Below are positions 59,851 through 64,000 of a stretch of DNA of 64,000 bases, piece by piece. Each line of letters begins with the position of its first letter. Position 1 is the first letter of the stretch. The position numbers and the translations under genes were made by a program. The DNA comes from the human T2T-CHM13v2.0 reference genome, Homo sapiens: NCBI RefSeq assembly GCF_009914755.1, contig NC_060929.1. One strand, written 5' to 3'. The notes under the pieces were generated by a model. That model worked only from the letters and a program-made list of their open reading frames with translations. It ran no database searches and was not told the origin of the DNA.

Positions 59851-61647
59851 TTGACAGACACAAGACCATGGAAATTGGCCTCTGTCATCGCGGTACTGGG
59901 TCCCTGCAGCTGGAGGGTGTGGCCTTTTCAGTGATCCTGTCTCTCCTCTTGTGTTTTGTTTTTTTTCTGTTGTTGTTGTTTTTTTTTTTTTTTAGGTTTA
60001 AATGTTATTTGTTCTCAAACCAGACTTTATTATAATTTTACTTTCCAGACTTTAATGGAAGCAAACCCAGCCATAACATTTGAAAATACACTACTTAGCT
60101 TATCTCGTTTTCAACTGGGAGAATTGCCATGTTTGACGATCTGTCATTACCTAGGTGACGATCTTAAATAATTTTGCATTCATTTCAACTTCCTGAAATG
60201 TGTTTCATAGAACCTCCCAGGGACTGATATTGTTAAAATAAAAAACAGAACCCACAGAGGAAGTCCATTTCCAAATTTAGAAAAGATTGCACTCAGCAAA
60301 ATTCACGAAGCATCTCATGGCTTCTCCTCCTCGACCTGACAACTGTTCTTGTCACCGAGTAGGCTCCCCTGCCTTCCAGAAGAGACTGTCAGCCACGTGC
60401 ATGACACCGGCATGTCTTGAGGGGCTGTGGTCTCTCCCCTGCTACTGCTCACTGAAGAGTTCGAGTGTTATGCTCTACTGGAACCCCAAAGCCTGCATGT
60501 CCCTTTCTGCTGTGGCTTCTCTCCTTTCCTTTTAAAGCAAATGCTTATGTAATCCCGCAGTCACTCTGTGACAGGTCCTGATAAGCCTTTCTCACGTTAA
60601 CTCATTAAATCCTGGTGAGGCCCTCAGAGCCAGGCGTTGCTCTGGGCCCCCCTGTGCCAACAGCTCCCCAAGGGGCTCCGACAGAAGGACACTGGTATTC
60701 ATCATTTGCTGCAGCTCTTAGACAACTCTCCCGGCAGGGAAGTTCTCTGTTCAGGCTAATGAAAGTCCCTCCTTGGCTCTTCCATGCCCCACAAGGCATC
60801 CCAGGCCACCATTCCTACCGCCCTCAAAGACTCTGGGGAGAGGAGCCAGTTACAGAGGGAATCCAGGTCCATCCCTTTAAGGAGGGCACATCCCAGACTG
60901 TCCCAGGGGAGCCTGTGCAGTGCCAGAGGGCCTGAAGCCAGTGGGCAGAGAGAGGGCTGCTGCAGTCGGTGGGGAGGAAGTCACCCCTTCTCCAGCTCCA
61001 TGATGCTGCCTCACGGTGAGGATGCCCACATCCTGGGCACCCCCTTTGTCTTTCTCTGCCCACCGCACAAACCCAGAGGTGGGAGGGAAACTCATGGTGA
61101 GGTGAGGTGCTGTGACTCAGGAGAGCTGGAGTGTGGACCATGTCCATCCCCAAGTCCTGGCCTTTCCTGTTACTCTCTATCATCCAGTGACCTGAGTGAT
61201 GCTTCCAGGAGATGGAAGAGTTTCGGGGCAAAAGCCCAGACCCTAGAAGTCCAGATGGTGGCCATAAGAATGTAGGAGCGAACTGGACTTGGTGACCACC
61301 TGCAGTCCTGCACAGGAAAGCCCTGGAGGGAGGCTCTTGGGGACCCTCTTGGGGACCCTCTCGGTGCCCTGTTATGTTGTGCATGTAGGAGACAGTGTGA
61401 GAGAGACTGGATGTGAGTGTGTCAGAGTGTGTGCCTGCATGAGCGAGGCTGAGTGTGTGCGTGAGTGACTGTGAGGGTGTGTGGGTGTGAGGGTGCGTGA
61501 GTCAGGATGGGTGTGTGAACACACAGTGGGCAGGAACCCACACTTCTGAATGGATTGTGAGTGTTTTGGGGGCTCCTGGTGCCTTGATCAGGGGTCAGGA
61601 TCTCTGGCTGTCCCCACCTCCACCTGGAAGAACCAGTCTTCTTCCTG

Positions 61648-61891
61648 ACACTTTTCTGGGCTTCTGAGCCTGGGCTTGGCATCCTCTCTGCAGCCTCCGA
61701 GCCTGGGCTTGGCGTCTTCTCTTCAGCCTCTGAGCCTGGGCTTGGCGTATTCTCTGCAGCCTCTGAGGCTGGGCTTGGCATCCTCTCTGCAGCCTTCGAG
61801 CCTATGCTTGGTGTCCTCTCTGCAGCCCCCGAGCCTGGGCTTGGCGTCCCCTTTGCAGCCTTTGATCCTTGGCTTGGTGTGCTCTCTGTAG
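61648..61891. repeat. 33-bp minisatellite, 6 full and 2 partial units
   Basis: Consensus ~gtcctctctgcagcctctgagcctgggcttggc; units start at 61681, 61714, 61747, 61780, 61813 and 61846. Confidence 0.95.
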
Positions 61892-62958
61892 GCAGCCACC
61901 TAGGGGGAGCAGCATGGAGCGAGAGTGGGCAGTGGGCGCCGACTCCATGCCACGCCCGCTATGAAATGCTGATTCTAAGCTGGGAATAAATTCCTTGCTA
62001 GAAGAACATGCTGTGCAAGGTGGAAAAGGAACAAATAGAACCTCCCCACGCCTCCCACATGCGTGGGGCTCTGGCAGGGAAAGAGATGACTGATTGCTGT
62101 CGCAGAAGCGCAGATGCAGGGAGCAACCCGACCCACACCTCCATGGCATGGCAGGCTAATTCATGTTCTTCCTCATGATTTCTTATGTTGTGCTACCTCC
62201 AAGGAGTCACTGTAAACATTCGCTGTAGGATTACTCCGTTCCCCCCTTCGTTCCTGTAACACATCCAAACATGTAAAACAAGTCATTTGAAAGTTAGACT
62301 GATAACATCCAGACTGGAGTAGGATACATCCAACAATTAGCTTAGTCTGGTTTTATAGGCGTGTATTCTTGTGAAACAGGTCCGACTGTGTTTACCCTTT
62401 CCGCAGGGAAAATCTAGTGGAGACGCGGCTGGAGTTGAGGCATTTGCAGTTGAGGCTGGATCATGGTCCACTGTGCTGGCTGAGTCCCCCAGCCCCACTT
62501 CCCCAGGTGATTTGGAAACCTTGCTGGGCATGTTTCAGCAGCAAATCAGGCAAGCCTAGTCCCATGTCTTTGGGTTGACCTGGAGACCTGACTGCTGGGA
62601 ATGCCCACAGCCCTATCTCAAAGAGCGTGCTCCGCTCCCAGGCCCTACTGGCCCCTTCTTGGCTTCAGCTGAGTTGGTCAAGAGTGGATGGGCTCCCAAC
62701 CCCAGAGAAACTCATGCGGCTGCCTGAGAAACACACTGACACGCAGAGGGCTGAACAGGAAGGGAAGGACTGGGCTGGTCGTCTTCCTGGTTGTGATAAC
62801 TGACTGGGTTGGAGCAAAAGTTAAAGCTGCAACATGGTCAGCAGGTGAAACAGGAGTCGTGAGAGATCCAAGGCTGGTCAGATTTGTGTGAGTGGGAAGA
62901 TTCAGTGAGCTAGAGAAAGCACTAAGCCAGCGCAGTGGAGGACCAGAGAGAAAACTGC

Positions 62959-63296
62959 TGTCTTTGTCAGCTGGGCTGCTATGGCAAAATACCACAGACT
63001 GGGTGGCTTACACAACAGGAATTTATTTCTGGAAGTCCAGGATTGAGGTTCTGGCTGATTCAGTTCCTGATGAGAGATGTCTTCCTGCCTTGTAGGTGAC
63101 TGCCCTCTTGCCCTGTCCTCATATGATGGAGAAAGAGAGAGCGCTCTGGAGTCTCTTCTTACGAAGGCACTCATTTTGTCATGGCCTCATTTAAAGCTAA
63201 TCACCTCCCCAAAGCCCCATCTCCTAATACCATCATACTGGGGGTTAGGGCTTCAACACAAGAATTGGCGGGGAGACAAACATTCAGTCCATACCA
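62959..63296 (-). mobile_element. MLT1A-like solo LTR
   Basis: aaaataccacagactgggtggctta...atcacctccccaaagccccatctcctaatacc...cattcagtccatacca. Confidence 0.88.
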
Positions 63297-63553
63297 GCAG
63301 ATACGGGAGACCTGATCTATGGCACAGGCCTCCTCTAGTTCATTCCACGATGCTTTGCACCGACGGGATACCCAGTTCAGGGTTGCCAAGGCCTGTCCGA
63401 ACCACATGTCAGGGTCTCGGGCATTAGGAAGTTCTGTCACCTCCTAATTTATTACTCCGATGACAGGAAACTCCACCCTCTAACTTTCGAGTCTTAGGAG
63501 AGTCTCTGTCCCTTGATAAGGGGGGCGGGGGGGTGGGGGTAAGGAAGAATCCA

Positions 63554-63886
63554 GGCCAGGCATGGTGGCTCACACCTATGATCCCAGCACTTTGGGAGGC
63601 TGAGGCGGGTGGATCACTTGAGATCAGGAGTTCAAGACTTAGCCTGGCCAACATGGTGAAACCCCATCTCTACCAAAAAAATACAAAAAAAAAAAAAAAA
63701 AAAAATTAGCCGGGCATGGTGGCATGTGCCTATAATCCCAGCTACTCAAGAGGCTGAGGCAGGCAAATCACTTGAACCCAGGAGGCAGAGGTTGCAGTGA
63801 GCTGAGATTATGCCACTGCACTCCACCTTGGGCGACAGAGCAACACTCCATCTCAAAAAAAAAAAAAGAAAAAAAAGAAAAGAAAA
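63554..63886 (+). mobile_element. Full-length Alu with expanded A-linker
   Basis: Dimeric Alu; about 22 A in the linker. Confidence 0.94.
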
Positions 63887-63924
63887 ACTCTCAGTTAAGT
63901 AAGTCAGTCTTCTGCCAAGTAAGT

Positions 63925-64000
63925 TTTTATTTTCTTTTTCTTTTTTTCTTCTTTAAATAATAAAGATGGGGTCTTGCTATGTTGCCCAGGCTAGTCTCAA
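63925..64000 (-). mobile_element. Partial antisense Alu/FLAM at window edge
   Basis: agatggggtcttgctatgttgcccaggctagtctcaa. Confidence 0.85.

Noticed and set aside
60605-61384. Overlapping 106-186 aa ORFs in non-repeat DNA
   Set aside because: ORFs occur on both strands in GC-rich sequence with no recognisable homology or exon structure, consistent with chance.
61648-61891. CRISPR-like array
   Set aside because: The units abut with no unique spacers, and the context is primate DNA. It is a minisatellite.

Overview
Primate genomic DNA, almost certainly human because it carries a near-consensus AluYg6. It is repeat-dense and looks intergenic or deep-intronic. I find no credible intact protein-coding gene. 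The ORF track is explained by Alu, MaLR and L1 sequence, microsatellites and chance. The only recognisable cellular-gene sequence is a full-length processed RPL30 pseudogene (~11916-12348, + strand). The rest is about 40 Alu/FLAM/FRAM copies, about 15 MaLR solo LTRs (MLT1, THE1), several ERVL-class LTRs, an LTR22 (HERV-K HML-5) solo LTR, L1/L2/MIR fragments, DNA-transposon relics (MER5, MER20, MER53, MER58, MER63, MER94, MADE1), microsatellites and a 33-bp minisatellite. The most informative signals are local rearrangement scars: a fold-back plus captured-sequence insertion inside an Alu (~34.0 kb), a perfect 68-bp tandem duplication inside an ancient L1 (~30.5 kb), nested LTR insertions with readable TSDs, re-used Alu target sites and TSD-less Alus joining unrelated truncated repeats. 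There are also two candidate regulatory elements. I could not support a previously undescribed biological system. Repeat family names come from recalled consensus sequences and need Dfam/RepeatMasker confirmation.
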